Assembly: GCA_051362555.1 (NCBI GenBank)
Contig: CM120642.1
Location: forward strand, 28,520,001-28,584,000
Length of the DNA: 64,000 bases
Origin: Lingula anatina
Lineage: Eukaryota > Animalia > Brachiopoda
Reading direction: 5' to 3'
Positions 23,610 to 38,931 of the stretch are shown one piece after another (position 1 is the stretch's first letter; each line of letters opens with the position of its first letter). Below the pieces are notes generated by a model that did no database searches, had not been told where the DNA came from, and saw nothing but the letters and a program-made list of their open reading frames with translations. Position numbers and translations under genes: made by a program.

Positions 23610-23850
23610 GACTGGGTTTCCATACCTAGATCGATCTAACAGGATCGATCCATCTCCAAGGGGTTTCAGCTTTAGCGGTTTAGATGCCTGGCACGCCTAC
23701 TGAAACTGGTAAACGATAATTAATTAGCCCCTAGCAGCTTCAATAGGCGTGACAGACATCTAAGCCGCTTAAGTTAACTGCAATTTAGCGAGAATCCTCT
23801 TGGAGATAGAGCGATCCATAGTTAGTATGATAGGGTCTGGGAATGGTCCC
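23610..23850. mobile_element. MITE family M1 copy 5
   Basis: Ends are GACTGGGTTTCCATAC...GGGAATGGTCCC with a TTA TSD. Confidence 0.8.
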
Positions 23851-24597
23851 TTAGTCGGGGATTTTACTAAACCAAATTATATATTTTATGATACCATTAC
23901 CGGGGTAGGGTAAATAATAACTTTTTGGGGAATTCTCCAGAGGAAAAGGTGTTCTTAGAGTCCAAATGGGTCAAAAAGGCCATTCTGGTGAGAAATTTGA
24001 GTATTTTTTTAGCCTACGTCGGTAATTCCACCATTTTCGGAAACCATGCACAACATGTTTGCTACATGTAGTTACAATGTATAAATATACCTATATCGAA
24101 TGGGGTTGTAGATTGGGCAAATCTTAAATTTTTTTATAAATAGCTGTTTTCTGTGGCAGAAATTGATGCTAAACACACGTGACAACTTTTTTTTTTCACA
24201 ACAACCATCTAGGTTGGTAAAATGGCAATTTTCGAAATGGCAGACAAAATCCCAAAACAACTGTTTTGTCAGTGGTAATTGAAGGACCCATAATTTGTAT
24301 TTCGCTTTTCTTATGTTTTGAGGGTTGTAAAATATATTTTGTTTTATTAAAATAGATTATCCATATACAGGAAACTATGACATACTGGAACTTGACCTAT
24401 TTTCCTTTTTAGCAGAATTAATGGTTTAAGCTTTCATAAAGACTATTTTAAAGTTACCTGCACAGTACTTGAATGTTTTGTGTTATATTTTGGTGTAATG
24501 TACAGTGCACTATGCTATAAGATTGCAGCTTAAAGTTGACAACAGTGTCAAAAGAACAGTGCTGAAACAAGGGACTTCCACAGGTAATGATAAAACA

Positions 24598-24636
<39 letters not shown>

Positions 24637-25482
24637 CTTGATAATTTTAAAAGTAAATGCTTTGATCATCTGTTGGATGGTACTTTTGTAAATTTTTAAT
24701 TGCTGTTATTTCAAATAAAAAACATTTAGTTTCACATATGGTTACCTTTACAAAACAATTTTATATTTCAGTTGTTGCAACAAATCTTGGTAATTATACA
24801 AATAAATGCCACAAGGACATCACTTATCCTGGAAAACAAGGTAATGTGAATGAAAGAGGCGGAATTAAACATGTAATAGCTGTTTTTTTGCCTATTTTGT
24901 TTAGGTCTTACTTCATTTAAACTCTTTGTGTGGATGAGAAAGTTTTCATATGCATTTTGTAATCCAAAAAAGAAACTTAATGATACACTTTTGCTTATAT
25001 ATATGTGTGTGTGAACATACGTATGTATTGGGTCTTAAGCATATGGTATCTGTTGAGATGCCTTCCTCCTTTTCAGAATTGGCTAGAGTGAGTGAATTTG
25101 CTTGTGGCACATCTAAGTACATACTTGGAGTTGGATTGACATGTTTGCATTGTATTTTAATAAAACCAATTGGCAATAATTTATTTTCTTCATATTTCAG
25201 TCTCGACTCTGCAGCATAAATTGATTGATTTAAGAGGTTTTCTGTGGCGAGATAGTTCCTAAATCAAACTGGACAGTACGATTTATAGCTTATATTGGCC
25301 CTTTGAACTTGTTTTAACATTAAAGTGTGAATGGATCAAAATGTAATTTGTATGCATTATTTTAATAATTTTAATAGTTAAAACTATCATAATAAAGCTT
25401 TGTGATTTCATATGTAAATGGCACTGTAGGTCCCTGGTTTTGGTCCACGTGTTTTCAGTTCTAGATAATGATATATCTCTAA

Positions 25483-25637
25483 GACCGCATTTACAGTGAG
25501 TTGAACCATGGATCTACAAAGTCACGAACTAAATATGGCGGATGTACTTGAAAGGCAAACCACCTAATCCCAATGGAGCCGAGATTTAATGACTGTACCT
25601 CCGCAGATCCATGGCTCAACTCGATGTGAATGCAGTC
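25483..25637. mobile_element. Tourist/Harbinger-like MITE
   Basis: The ~33-bp imperfect TIRs are GACCGCATTTACAGTGAGTTGAACCATGGATCT / AGATCCATGGCTCAACTCGATGTGAATGCAGTC, with a TAA TSD. Confidence 0.8.
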
Positions 25638-26591
25638 TAAGCAACAATACCAACTTTCTGTCCAACTGCATAACTGAGAATGATAGGTGTTTTAACTAGT
25701 TTACCAAAAGAGAATTTTTAAAGATTCCAAATAAAATGTTTTTATATGTAATGAAATAGTTACTTAAAATCAAAACTGAGGTGCATTTTTACCAAGAATT
25801 GGGTACTCTGCATGCAAAATTTATAAGGTACATTTTACACTTTCAAACAGGTCTGAGGGATGGCACCAAAAGTACATGTGAATGGTGAAAATTAAAAAAA
25901 AAATCTCCATAATTTTTTTTTTTCGAACTGAAAATCCATGGACTCACAACATATGGGCATTGCGAACTTATGCCATTCTGCTTGCTTCTAAGGAAAAATA
26001 ATATCTGTATTACATGTAACCTCATTGGATATACAAATTAAAGTGCGAGTAAAGCAAGCAGATTCAGTTACATGTAAAGTGCTTGTTCAAGACATGTGCT
26101 TTCTCTGTGCATTACAGTAACGGTCACAACACTTCAAATGACACTGTGCAAGTCAGATATTGACAAAAAAATATGAATAACAAAAAGCTAACACTTTACT
26201 TTTTCTCATCAATGGATTTTACAGTGACAAATCCCTGTCCATACACATGGCCTTTACTTTTTGCCAAATACCCTTCAAGACTTCGTCCAGTTTTGAAACA
26301 ACTTAAAGGGCCTTTGATAAAGAGTGCATTAAGTTAAAGTTTTCTTTTTTAATTTTATGGGTCCCGTTTCTGATACATTATGGATAACCGTGTTCATTTG
26401 ATAAAATTGTTATCCTGAGCTATATTGAACTGTTTGCCTGTGGGTAAAGTGATGTTTCCTGAACACTAGATAACAGTTTGTGTCTGATATTCCTTTTCAG
26501 TGGTAAAAGATGGGCCACATACCCTCAGGATTACTGTCCGAAAGATAACAAATTTATCGAATAGACACTGTTATTCATAGGATAGCAATAT

Positions 26592-26779
26592 CAGGTCTTA
26601 TAAACGAATTTGCCATTACCGTAAGCAGATTAATGGTTTGTGGTTTGTAGCATTGTGCCCATGGTCATTATTGTAAAGTGCGTGCCATAAAATTGTGGTT
26701 GGATTCCTTAATTTGGGCGTTCGCGCTCAAAAATCTGAGGCTGGAGTTTGCCAATGGCAATTACTGTTTATAAGGCCTG
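26592..26779. mobile_element. MITE family M2 copy 2
   Basis: TIRs are CAGGTCTTATAAAC / GTTTATAAGGCCTG. It shares AATTTGGGCGTTCG..CTGAGG.TGGAGTT with 18728-18993. The TSD is not preserved. Confidence 0.65.
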
Positions 26780-28331
26780 CCTAGCCAGTGTGAAAGAAAC
26801 GGGATTCAGCAGAATTTGATATGTTCTAGTTAAAACTAACTTGGACAACATTAGTAATGGATAGTTAAAATTAGTTAGGCAGGTTTGGTGGCATTTCCAT
26901 CCCTTTTCTCGTGGGCAATAGGGTGTGTCGTAGGCACAAAGTGCGCTTAGGTGAGAGGGCTCCGATTTGAACTACATGCAGGTCCAACTTACATCATGAG
27001 AATGCCAGATTTAGAAAAAACTTAAGAATATATTTATTTTATTTTTTATTATTATTAGGTATAAAGCAGGCCAAAATAACACCTTGAACATTATATTTGA
27101 CATCATAAGTGATAAAACAACCTCAGGCCCAGCAGTAGTCAACTATACTTTTGACAATGTTATCTACTGCTGAGCTTGTCTCTCTGATTACTAGTGACTA
27201 CAACCAAGAAATGATAAATAACATCAATTAGAAACTGTTTTACTCTTATCTTTATGAACTAAGTGAGGAATTTTAAAAGGTAATTAATATTCATTGGTTC
27301 TTGTAACACATATATATTTTTCTGGGAAAACTGAATTCATTATCTTTGCTTTGTTATAAAGTACAAAAATACTTGGGTACATGTGGTAGAATTATCAATC
27401 ATATTCTTACTTTGTATTATTTGATCATTGACTATTCTTAAGGTGTTGGTTTTATTAATATCAAAATGTTATTCTTTTATAATTAAGAAAATTATACTTG
27501 CATAAATATTTCTGATGGAAGTTAACTTGGGTGCCACGTTAGCATTGTCATCATGTTGAAAAATTTAATTTTTTTCAATTTCTACACAAACTTTTGAGTG
27601 TTGACAAGGACATTGTCATCAAAGCGCACTTTCGGAAGTTTGTGAAGAAATTGAAAAGTTTAAGGTTTGTCAACATTAGTTATTCTAATGGTATGGAAGG
27701 GATGCACATCTGAAATGTCTGTAATAATTCTCACTATTGCACTGGCCTTGCTATTATTAGATGTGGTTAATAAAATTCTCAATAGATGAGGTAAATAAAA
27801 TGCTTGCTAGAAGATTTTTGCATTGTCAATTCATTAGAGCCGGGAGGTGGAGGGGCATGATAACTTGACCTCCTCAAAAAGAAGAATGTAAAATGTAAGG
27901 AACTTTTAAGGTAAATGACATTCTCGATTCTGATGTTGTGTGATTCTGTACATATAACTATTGAATTTTGTTAACATGGGAGCAATCTTGTCAACTAGCA
28001 ATTGTGATACATTTATTCATTCAGCTTCTGTATACTTTTTAACAATTTCAATTTAAAAACTTAGCACCAAAAAAAAAAAAATAAATAAATAAATAAATAA
28101 ATAAAATAAAATAAAATAATAATAATAATAAAAATCAAGCCAGCAGTGTCCAAAAATAAGTTATACTGAACAAAATAACACTTATTATGAAACTGGCCCC
28201 ACACTCCAGACTACCATAGTAAACAGCAGAAAAATGACTGAAAATAACATTGTAGACTACCAAAATAAATAGCAAAAATGATTGAAAATAATAATGTAGT
28301 ACTGGATTAATCACAAGTATGAGAACAGTTG

Positions 28332-29591
28332 CAGTCTGCGCCAAAAACTTTTTAGACTACTAGCCCTTCGGGCTAGCAGACTCTCAAACTTTACTAGCCC
28401 GAACCAAAAATCACTAGCCCAATTTAAATAATTCATTTAAAAAGTTTAAGCAGATGTTGTAAAAAGTTGTGGTGCCATACTGTACTTTCTTGTAAACCTT
28501 ATTATAGAAGTAGAGCAAGTGAATAACAAAGTCAATCAGGTTAATTTTCAGTTGATGGGGTGGTAAAATTGATTTAAAATATAATTAACTATTTAATATT
28601 GAAAAAATTCCCTTTTTTAATATGTAATACTGAAAAAAGTTACCCTTACTTTTCATATTTTTATAATACCTTTCTTTCCATTTTTATATGCAATCAAATT
28701 TTTTTTAAAATTCCTATTCTTTTTATTGACAATGGCTCTTTTCCGACAATTTATTTCCAATAACATCAGTACATAATGCCACTTCTAATTTAAAATACAT
28801 AGGTACTGTAAGGGTAATTAAACAAACGTCTTGCAATTTTTTTGGTTACAATTCTTTTGGTTATACAGTTGTACAAACAACTTTTCAAGTGTGGAGGGGT
28901 AGCCATGGCATAAACCCAACTATGCCACATTGTCAAGAATAGTTCATAGGGTATTTATGTCACATGTAACTGCCAGGGTCTTATTGTTTTTAAAAGGCAA
29001 TAAGCAAAGGAAAATGTATTAACTCGTGGATATTAAAATTATAAATAAAAAATATAAACAAAAAAGGAAATAGAATACTACACCCCTCAGTCTGCTAAGT
29101 GGTCCTAACCCAAATGTTCTATGAGATAATGCATACATTACACTTGCTTCGGAGACAGTGTTGTTTTGACAAAACCTGTTGCTAGTACCAAGGAATTCCG
29201 GTCTGATCCAGTAACTTGATTGACAGCAATTTGTAGTCATAACAACAAACTGGTCAAATAAGAAGATGCCGACAAGCTGATCAGACAGACTGCTGCTATA
29301 AATAACTACAGTGAAGTTATTTATAGCAACTAATCAATATTCAGTAGTTAGAGCTAGGTGTGAGATTTTTCAACTGAGAGGCATATCATACTATCTAGAA
29401 ACGTCAAATTAGAGGCAGGGGCAAAGAAGACTGGCGACTTATATTTTTGAAATCTTACTGAGTGTTACAATAGGCTCAAAATTTCAACTAGCCCGTTCGG
29501 GCTAGTGCTTTATAAATTTTCAACTTTTTTACTAGCCCGGTGCCACTTTAGGTAGGCAATTGCTTGGGCTAGTGCCTAACGTCGCAGACTG
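28332..29591. mobile_element. hAT-like non-autonomous DNA transposon
   Basis: Termini are CAGTCTGCG / CGCAGACTG. Subterminal ACTAGCCC repeats and CTAGCCC(G)TTCGGGCTAG hairpins lie near both ends. The flanks are AGTTG / (A)AGTTG. Confidence 0.6.
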
Positions 29592-29947
29592 AAGTTGCCA
29601 ACATTATGAATTCATGCATGTTTTTTATCTATTCTTTATTTTCAGGCTGGAAAATAATGTAATTAACAGAAGCTGTACACGATTTTAAACTTCAATGTCA
29701 ACAAGATCACAATTAGTGAAGAATCCGGCAGATTTCATCATTGTCATCTACATCACCATACTGCTAACTGCTTCCAGGACCAGAGGCAGATTTTTTTTTT
29801 CACTAGATTTTCACAGATTTTTTTCTGGCTAATTCTGTGCAAAATTCTGTTCAGTGTCCAGTGAGAATTTTCACTCAGAATTTCAGAAATGATGGCAAGT
29901 TATGAACTGTCAATTCAGATTAATTTAACCACATTATAAGACCTTCC

Positions 29948-32900
29948 TCAGCTCTCTAACAGCGGGTTAGAAAACATCATATCCAGTACATCACTTGGTT
30001 TCAACAGCTTTGTACTGCCAACAATAACCTACAAGAAAATAAACTGTAGAAATGTTTTGTGTACACCATACAGTAAAATTGTTTTCAGGTTGTCGCAAAA
30101 AGAATCACATTTGCTGCAAATTTGTAGTAAGATTAAAAGTTTGGGGGAAGTTTGCAAGAAAGTCTTCAGGCCTCATTTGCAGTGTAAATATTGTTCTTGC
30201 AGATTTGCAGCGAATTTTCTGCAAACTTCAAATTAAAACCAAGAGATGACATTTCTTCTCTTCTTTTCATGAAACCTACCAAAAGTGATTGCTAAATGAA
30301 GGTCATCATATTACAAAATCATTGGTATTCTGACACTTACCCGAGTTCCAGTCTTATACGAGGTCACAGTGTCCTTGATTAATTTCACCTCTGATGCAGT
30401 GACGCCCCCTATAATGAACAAGATCAGCAGGGGGCTGTCACTGGGACGGGGTTTGCTCACATTCATAAACAGGCTGAAACAATAGGAAATGCCACTTAAT
30501 ACATAGCAGAACTGAGTACTGAAAGCTAAAATATATTGTTGGTTTTTATACTGATGGAATATCAAACAAAAATTAGATAAAAGGATAAAAATTGAATTAT
30601 TTGTAAAACATAAAATAATTCCTTAATAGTATCAAGGATTTTCACTACAACTATTCGTAGCATAAAATAATCCCTTCATAGTATCAATAAGTTTCAATAC
30701 ATTGTGTATTCGTGTATTGAAAAATAAGTAAAAGACAAAGATAGATGGACAGACAGTCACTGACAGACAACCAAACAAACAGACAGACAGTGAGTCATAT
30801 ACACTGAGACTCGACCATACCCAAACCCAGACTTGAGCAGATCCTTGAGTCCACTAGACTTGTGTTCTATGTCCAGCAGGTCAGGCTTGGCTGGGTTAAA
30901 GATCTCCTGGAGCACCTGTTTTAACACTGGGACATGGGAGGCCTGGGAAGTCAGACTACCTGGGTTGTACACAGTCCTGGAACATATAGACCAGATACTT
31001 ATATATGTTGTACTGAAGGGAATATATGGCTAGGATTAGGGAACATATCCCGTGGTTTCAGACGGCAGTAATTTGATATTAAACTGTTTTGTAACAGTGA
31101 AAGACAGGAAAATTCTTGATGCAAAGTTTAATGGCAAATATACCATAGCCATTACTGGGACAATGTACAGCATAACAGGCACCATACACTGTTAAGTAAT
31201 ACTGTTACTGTTTCAAAGACAAAATAGTGTCTTAAGGTGCCAACTGTGGACTTTTATTATCTCAAGTTCTTTTCACAAAAAATTACATGTTCAATGTAAA
31301 GCATTACTGTTGGCTCATAACTCAAGACAATCACTTTAATTTGATTTTTGGTACTAGCTAATATGTATAAATCAAATTGCCCACAGTGCATGTCTTATTT
31401 TCTATCAGACAGCCTACCAAAAGTTAAGTGACTGATTTCCAACTTACCTGAATTGTTTTAAGTCATCTCTACATGCTCCCAGACTCCTCAGTTTCTCAAA
31501 CACCTGCTCTATGGCTTTAGTGACACCATTAGCTGTGACAGGGTCACCAACTGAAATATCACATGGTATCAACATGTGTGCCCTATTACTATGATATGAA
31601 TAACTACAATATTAATATGATAAATGTTAATATAAGTATGAACACATACATTGGGAGTTCAGAAAATTATATCAAGCAAAACTAGAAAAACATCTTGAAC
31701 ACAACTTACTGCTTAAACCTGGCCAGTTGAATATACTAGAATGTACTAGTACAGTTTTAATTTTAGTCTTTTAGATTAAAAAATACATGCAGTCCTCTTA
31801 CCAAATTCAGTTAATGCTGCGGGAATGTCCTCTTCTTTGCTTGACAGAATGGCTTCTGCCAAAAGACTCTGAAATATATGGCATAAGCTTCCTGACAGTC
31901 AAATAATTCACAAGCAAGAATTAAATTTATCGCAAATAATGTCAAAATTAAACCTTAAAGCAATATTAAATTCCAATGCATATGATATCTGATTCATTGG
32001 CCATTAGTTTTCCAAGCCCCCTCTGAAAACCCTGAGATAGCATGTATTGTGTGTGGTCAGGTGTGTTTTGTGGGTGTTCCTAGCATCAACACATAGCAAA
32101 CTGTACCATCATCTTCCTTTCCTCATCTTCTGATTCTGCTGCATCCTCTCCAACCAGAGAATACACATATACCAGCAGCAGTAGAATGTCTTCTATTGTA
32201 TACAACCTGCAACCAAGAAATATATACATATACATTTCATCACATCTAAAATGAACCATATACATTAAATGCACTGCACAGTATGTTTATGCATACAATT
32301 CTTAGCTAATGTAAATGTCCCATTTATCATCTAACTAAAACTTGCCACCCCACTGAGGAGACTTCTACTTGTCTCCTCATGTCTGGGCTCCTGTAAGGTG
32401 GCGACACCTACCTCTGATCAGTCTCCTTCTTCATCTCCCTCTCCCACACCTGTATCACCTGGCTCAGTCCCGACACACACTCCTCATCACCGAGACTCTG
32501 TAGTAACATCTTCTCCAGTCCCAGCAAACCCTCCATATTGGAACCGCTCTCTTTTTGCATGGCCTGGATAGTTGCCATAGCAACCTGAAGTAACCCACTG
32601 TGCTTCTGTATTGCCTCTGGGTGCCCCCTGAGAGAGATGCACTTATTTAATGTTGTTTTTTTTATGACAGACCAGTATATGAACAGATATTTATAGTACA
32701 TTATATTCTGAGAGCATTCATTTTAGGTGTTACAGTAGTTAACAGTACATTCTAGCTGACGTTTCATTTTTTTTTAGATCATTGTCTTTCTGTAATGTAT
32801 CTGATGAGCTGTAACATAAAATACTTGTTATTTTGTATCTACTTCTGTAACAAGCTTAATATTGCAAAATCATCATCAAAATCATATGCAGTAGCAGTTT

Positions 32901-35900
32901 TGACTAACTTGAACAGTTTAACATGGCTGTGTAGTTGTTCTACTGTGACTCTACCAGGGCGACCAGAGAGGCTGAGAGGAAGATGTTCACTGGATGCTGC
33001 CTCCACCAGTTGTCTGTTCACCTCCATTAAGGCTTCCTGGAGAAAACATGCTCTTCTTGATTACCTAAATCCTCTTTGACAAGTTTGTACGAATTTTCCT
33101 GTTTTAATATCAGAAATATAGTCTGCATTACATTCTACTTAATCTTTAATTGTTAATCTTTTTCAGTTTACCAATATCAAACATTTTAGTTCAATTCAAT
33201 TATTTTTTTGCAGTAAAAGTTTGTATGAGACATTCTGCTTAATATATATATATATCAACTTCACACTATGAAAAAATGTACAAGAGGGAGCACCTTGTGT
33301 TTTTTAGTAGCCAGTACATTCCTACATGAAGAATCTGCATGTGCTATACAGCCTGGAGCCAAGACTTCCTCAGCGTCACTTGAAAATAACATTACAAATA
33401 AAATTATATTAACACACTGAATGTCATCATCTTCTGTGACACAGCCTTGAACTTAAAAACAGCAGACTGAGACTGAAACTGATGGAAAAACTGAGTCACT
33501 GAAAGATCTTTACTCTCAAGTAAGATGGAAACAATGATCAACTTAACAGCTAAAAACCCATGCTCAAAGTAATAAGGTTTGTACTAGAATGTACTAGTAT
33601 AAATTCTGTAAGAATGATGTGTCACTGTACAATAGTTCTTCTATTGCAAAGGATTATTTGACTGCAAAAACTTACCTTGTAACAGGTTGCGCAGAGCAGA
33701 TGTCAGCCATACTGACCATGACATCATTATTGTGACCTGGTAACCTAGGCAACAGGGTCAGTATTCTGTCAAATAAGGTTTCCCCTTGGTGACTGACAGC
33801 TCCAGCCAGGTCCAGGCTCCTGTCTATACAAACTATGGAGGCTCTGCTTTGAGATGTCTGACAAAGAAAAACAAAACATCTAGATTAGATCAAGACTCTC
33901 AGAATACATGTCACAATGTGAATTGGGTATACTGACTTTGTTGGGGCCTCTGCAATTTTTCACTGCATACATTCAAACTAAGCAGTGATCTAATTTGTTA
34001 AAAACAATTAAATTCTTCTTTACTTAATTACTGCAAAATCAATTTTTACATCAAATATCATAAAATGTGTGCTTATGTTCATATGAAATACATGTGGAAT
34101 CAATTATTCCAACCCAGTGTCCTTGGTAACTGGAAATCTCTATGGGCATCTACTCCTAAAATACCCTGCTTTACCAGGAAATCACAAGCTTCCTGCTAAC
34201 ATTATGCTAATGTTATTCATGTTTTACCCATGCCCTCCCTCTACCCCCCTCACCTTCACTCCCTCCCTCCACCCCCCTCCCCTCACCCACCTTCCTCCTG
34301 TGCCTGGCCCCGGGGTAATTGGCCAGCTCTGTGGCCACCAGTCTGCTGAATGGACCCACAGAATAAGGGTCATCCTGGAGGTGGAGCTCTTCAAACACGT
34401 CATTCAACGTGGCTGCAAGCATCTGGAAATTATTTCATTTTATGTCATGAATAAAATAACATTGACAATAAATAATTTTCAAACATTGTTTGAAATTATG
34501 TTATATCTGCACAAGCTTTGACAAAGCATGGCTGACAGTATATTTCTCTATCAAGGAACATGTTGCCATACTGATAAAGACTGGTGTGAACTTAATTAAT
34601 ATGCAGCACTTTACACTTACCTTGACTTTCAACTGCAAATGCTTAGGAAGATGGTGAGTTTCTATTTCCGCCAAACTCTCAAAAGATTTCTTGTCCCCCT
34701 GTAAAAATGTGTTATAACATAACAATATATTAAGTATTAATTTAATGCAATGGAGACTTTGGGTTTGTCAAGTAAACTTCACATTCACATGTACAAGAAA
34801 TCTAAATATACCTTGAATTATCAAAAAGTGTGGTTTGCAACAACACCAAGCACTTGGAAGTGACACTTTTAAAATTTGAACCATTATATATTATATATAA
34901 TATCATACATACCACCCTGGCTTTTGAAGAGTTGTATATGGCCTCCACTCCAGTGACATCTGTAGGCATAAGAGGGAAGAGTCGTGGGAGTCCTGGCGTT
35001 ACAAATAGAGATGGACACACACTGACTGTACACACGGGAACATGGAGGACTTCAGCTGTGTAATTCTGTAACATAAACAGGCAAGTTTGTCAAACATGAG
35101 CCTAGGTTTAAAAAAAAGTCTTAACATTTATCATGGGACCCAACATCTAATCTTGACCAATTTGCACCATCAGAATTGAATTGAAAATGTGGATTTTTTT
35201 TTCACATAAAAACCTCAAGTCTGGTTTTCAAAGATAATACCGACAGACAATTAGACATACTGTTGAGATTTATTTCAAATGCTCCCACACAATGTCTTGC
35301 TGTCAAGTCATAACTACTGAAGCTGTTGAACTGCCATAAGCATTTATTGCATTTTACTTCTCCTATTAAAACTATTTTAAGGAAACTATATCAATTTCAT
35401 AATAAATGAAAGATACACACATGCAATAAGTCTTTTTGCAATACTTGTATTAACACAGGTATCCACAAAACAAAACAAAACATATATATATATATATAAT
35501 AAACTCTGCAACCAACCCTTTTGCGATCTATTTCAACCAGTTAACAGACAGAGGCAAGCACAGAGCATCCGTAGCCAGTACCAAGCTCTGCCATACTGTA
35601 CATACCATATTTCCCATCCACTCCAGCACCTTCTCTTCAAAACTCTGGAAAACATACTGTTCATCTCCCTCATAGCTACCATGCTTGGCAAACATATGGA
35701 CAAGTGGGCCTTGGGCAGTGATGACCACCACGTACTGGAACTGGCTGTTCTGTATGATATCTCTTATGATGGTTTCTGTGACATCGCGTAGAGGGGTGCT
35801 CACGATAAATACGGCCTTTTTCTCACTGGGCTCTGCACACTAAAAAGAAAAAAGGACACATCACATGCTGAGTACCATGGTATCTTGGTAAATAATAATT

Positions 35901-36352
35901 TTATTCTGTGTTTGAATTTCCTTTGCAAAAATGGGATATGTTCAAATGAGGATGATGGCTTCTGTGATATAACAAGAGTATAATTAAGAGGAAATAAAAG
36001 CACAATCAACTTGTATTTGATGCATGTTGCACCCAGAACAAAACGTGTGATTTCTCACCCAATGAAGACATACAAGTAATTTCAGGAATTGTTACTATAT
36101 AATTTGACATCATTATCATTTTAATTTGTACTACAGCTGCACAGACTTGGAGACCTTTCAAAAACCACTCACCTCAAAGGAAGAAAACTCTTTAACATTA
36201 ATTGCTCCAGCGTTTACGAGTCTCATCAGTCCCCCATTCCAGTGTAAACTCTCAGCGCAGGCATCGTCCACAAACACGACGGCCCTCCTCACCTTGTCAC
36301 ACACCTTGGTCCAGGTGTGAAATGCTACCTGACCCACATCAACACTGGTCAT
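29948..36352 (-). CDS. SCFD2: Sec1 family domain-containing protein 2, 15 coding exons, ~675 aa
   Basis: In-phase exons are 36173-36352, 35606-35839, 34913-35065, 34621-34698, 34291-34422, 33676-33857, 33294-33378, 32909-33036, 32412-32627, 32107-32206, 31802-31868, 31448-31550, 30821-30976, 30341-30473 and 29948-30028. Diagnostic peptides are KVRRAVVFVDDACAESLHW, RDIIQNSQFQYVVVIT, IDRSLDLAGAVSH, LPGHNNDVMV, EALMEVNRQLVEAAS and VSKPRPSDSPLLILFIIGGVT. Confidence 0.95.
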
Positions 36353-36589
36353 CTTACACCTGCTGTTAACCACTTGATATGTGGTTGTGTAGATTACTTA
36401 TACCTGTTGAATCAAAAACAGTTTTTGTCACTGCATTGAGGGAGGGGGTAGGATCTCGCCTAAGTTTAAACTGTAGTCAAGGGTCTAGCAAGAAATAAAC
36501 ATGACGCTAAAAATAACAGAAGATAATGTACATATTCAATTAAAAAAGCAAGGAGGGAATGCTCAATATATAACTGACGTGTAATATAA

Positions 36590-36740
36590 CTTTACCAGGT
36601 AGGAAATTCAAACACAGACAATGTTCTTGACTGCAAAAACATCACGGCTTCTAGACTACTGCTCGTCTTGCCACATATTTTACTAATGGCTTACGCGCGA
36701 AAAGGGTTACAGATGATCAAACAGTCATTTGTAAGTATTA
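36590..36740. promoter_or_regulatory. Probable SCFD2 promoter and first non-coding exon, possibly bidirectional
   Basis: There is a minus-strand donor (CTG|GTAAAG, ~36596) upstream of the ATG exon, local CpG enrichment (TACGCGCGAAAA, E2F-like) and a plus-strand donor GTAAGT at 36731. Confidence 0.4.
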
Positions 36741-37412
36741 GAATAAAGAACAATTATTACGACGAAAAATAATAAAAATAGACATAGTAATCTTTTTATA
36801 GAGTATTTGGTATATTAAGTACGTTTTCAAGGAGAAACAAATAATTTATATCCAATAAATTTATCGACGCTATACTTGCACTAGACTCTACAATAACACA
36901 AGAGGGAAAGCGGATCTCTTTGAACAGCAGGTTGGTTTCGTTCTTGGATTAACGGCACTTTGTCCACTTTGGACTAAACGATACACTTTTTCGATGCTTT
37001 AAATGTGCATGTGTTTATATTAATATTGTCATGTTACAGTTTCATGTCAGCAAATAATGAGAAATGGGAATTTAACGATAAATCTGTATCCTGTACAGTA
37101 CGTGTAGTCAAGTGAAGTGAAGGCAGCGGCTTTTCACACTTAACAGTGTTAAATGCAGATCCTGGTAATGCAGTTTGACATACACTGCGCACACGGCGCA
37201 GTCCGTTCAGTGGGTGTGTGTGTGCGCTCTCCCACGTGTGTGTGCTAAAAAAGGTGCTGATATACACTGCTTTAATCATTTATTTTTGCAACTACCACTA
37301 TTTATTTTATCAGTATTTCTACTGTAGTTTTGAAAGCATCTCAGGATACATGGGTCAGGATTTCAATTTGGTCCAGTGACTGCATCCCTTGCTGGACCCT
37401 CCCCCAGTACCC

Positions 37413-37443
<31 letters not shown>

Positions 37444-38931
37444 ACACACACACACATGCACTAAAATGCTTGTAAGATTCCATTTTCCCACAGGTTATAT
37501 AAGTCTTTTAGGAAGAGAAAGGTTACCTGTACCCTGAGAGCATGACTGCATTTAGTCTATAGCTACTCTGATTTTGAATCTTGAGGACAATAGATAAGGA
37601 TCTGCTCCAGGTGAGGGGGCTGATTGAACAATGGAGATGTTATTCCACGTTTGCCTGAAAGATAGGCTTAGTGCACATGTCTAAAAGGAGGAGATCATTA
37701 CTAGTAAACCACTTCTGAACATAAACGAAATTTCTAATGAAAGCCACAGTAGGATGATGGGCTTGGTCACCTTTCAGTTTTATATAGAGATTTTAGATTG
37801 CACAAGAAATGTCTTGTGTTTAAAATTTTGTGGTAATTTCATTTGCATCTGTAGTTTAGAAAGCATCTATGATGCATTTATATGAACATCATTACATCAT
37901 CTTTTTACTGGTTCTTGTACAGTATACTGAAGGGAGAGAACCTAGAGTAGTTAGTGACTTTAATAGGCAATCTCCATTGAATTTGGCTAGTATTTAGGAT
38001 GTCATTTATCTTAAATAATTTCTTTATTTATTTTAGTAAACCGATAACATTATTTATTAATAAAAATATCAATTCAGGATTTCTTTAATATGTAGACTGC
38101 ACTCACTCTGTTTAAATAAATATTTTAGCTGTAACTGCAGAGAGCAAATGGTTTGATAGTCGGTCATGTAGTCGCTCATTAAGCTAGTATCACAGCGAGT
38201 GCTTGGTGGGAATATAGATTGATCACAAAGAGTTGAGAACAGTTTTAATAGCATTTAAGTCTTGGATTTAACCACAAAACACATTGCATGAAGACCTCTG
38301 AATGCAGCCTTAAAGTCACATGAGGACACAGCACACATTTCCTACTCTGATTAAAAATTAATTGACAAGAAAAACAGATTGAATGCTTATGCACTGAGGC
38401 TGACTGTATGTGCTTTAGTGTCAATAATTGATGGAAGTAAGATACATTATATGAAATGACAAGGAAGAGTTATGAGCAAGGCAGGTGATTTGGCAGGGGG
38501 ATATCATAAAGGAAGTTTTATAAAGGTGGTTTTCAAAATTAAGGGAGGGGGGTTGGTCATAAGAGAGGGGTGTTAAGGAGGTGTTTCATAAGGAAAGGGT
38601 TCCGTTATGGTGAAGGAGGGGTACCCTAAGGAGAATGTTTTGAGGGAGCATTGTCAAGAAAAGGGGTATTAATGGCATGAAATATGTTAGTATTGTGTGG
38701 ATTGAATTTTGAAATTGAAAAAAATGTTTACTCAAAGAAGGTAAAACCAGAACAACATACCAGGTTCTTAAAAATTTATTTTATTTGCAAAGCATTGTCG
38801 AACATTATTATCCAGGGCATAGTCTAGTGAGAACACTAGTATAAATCCATCCTGAGAAGTGCACCTGCATAAAGTACAACCTTGATGTCCCTTGCTGTGA
38901 AAGTGGAGGGATCGTGGTGACTTTCCATTAC

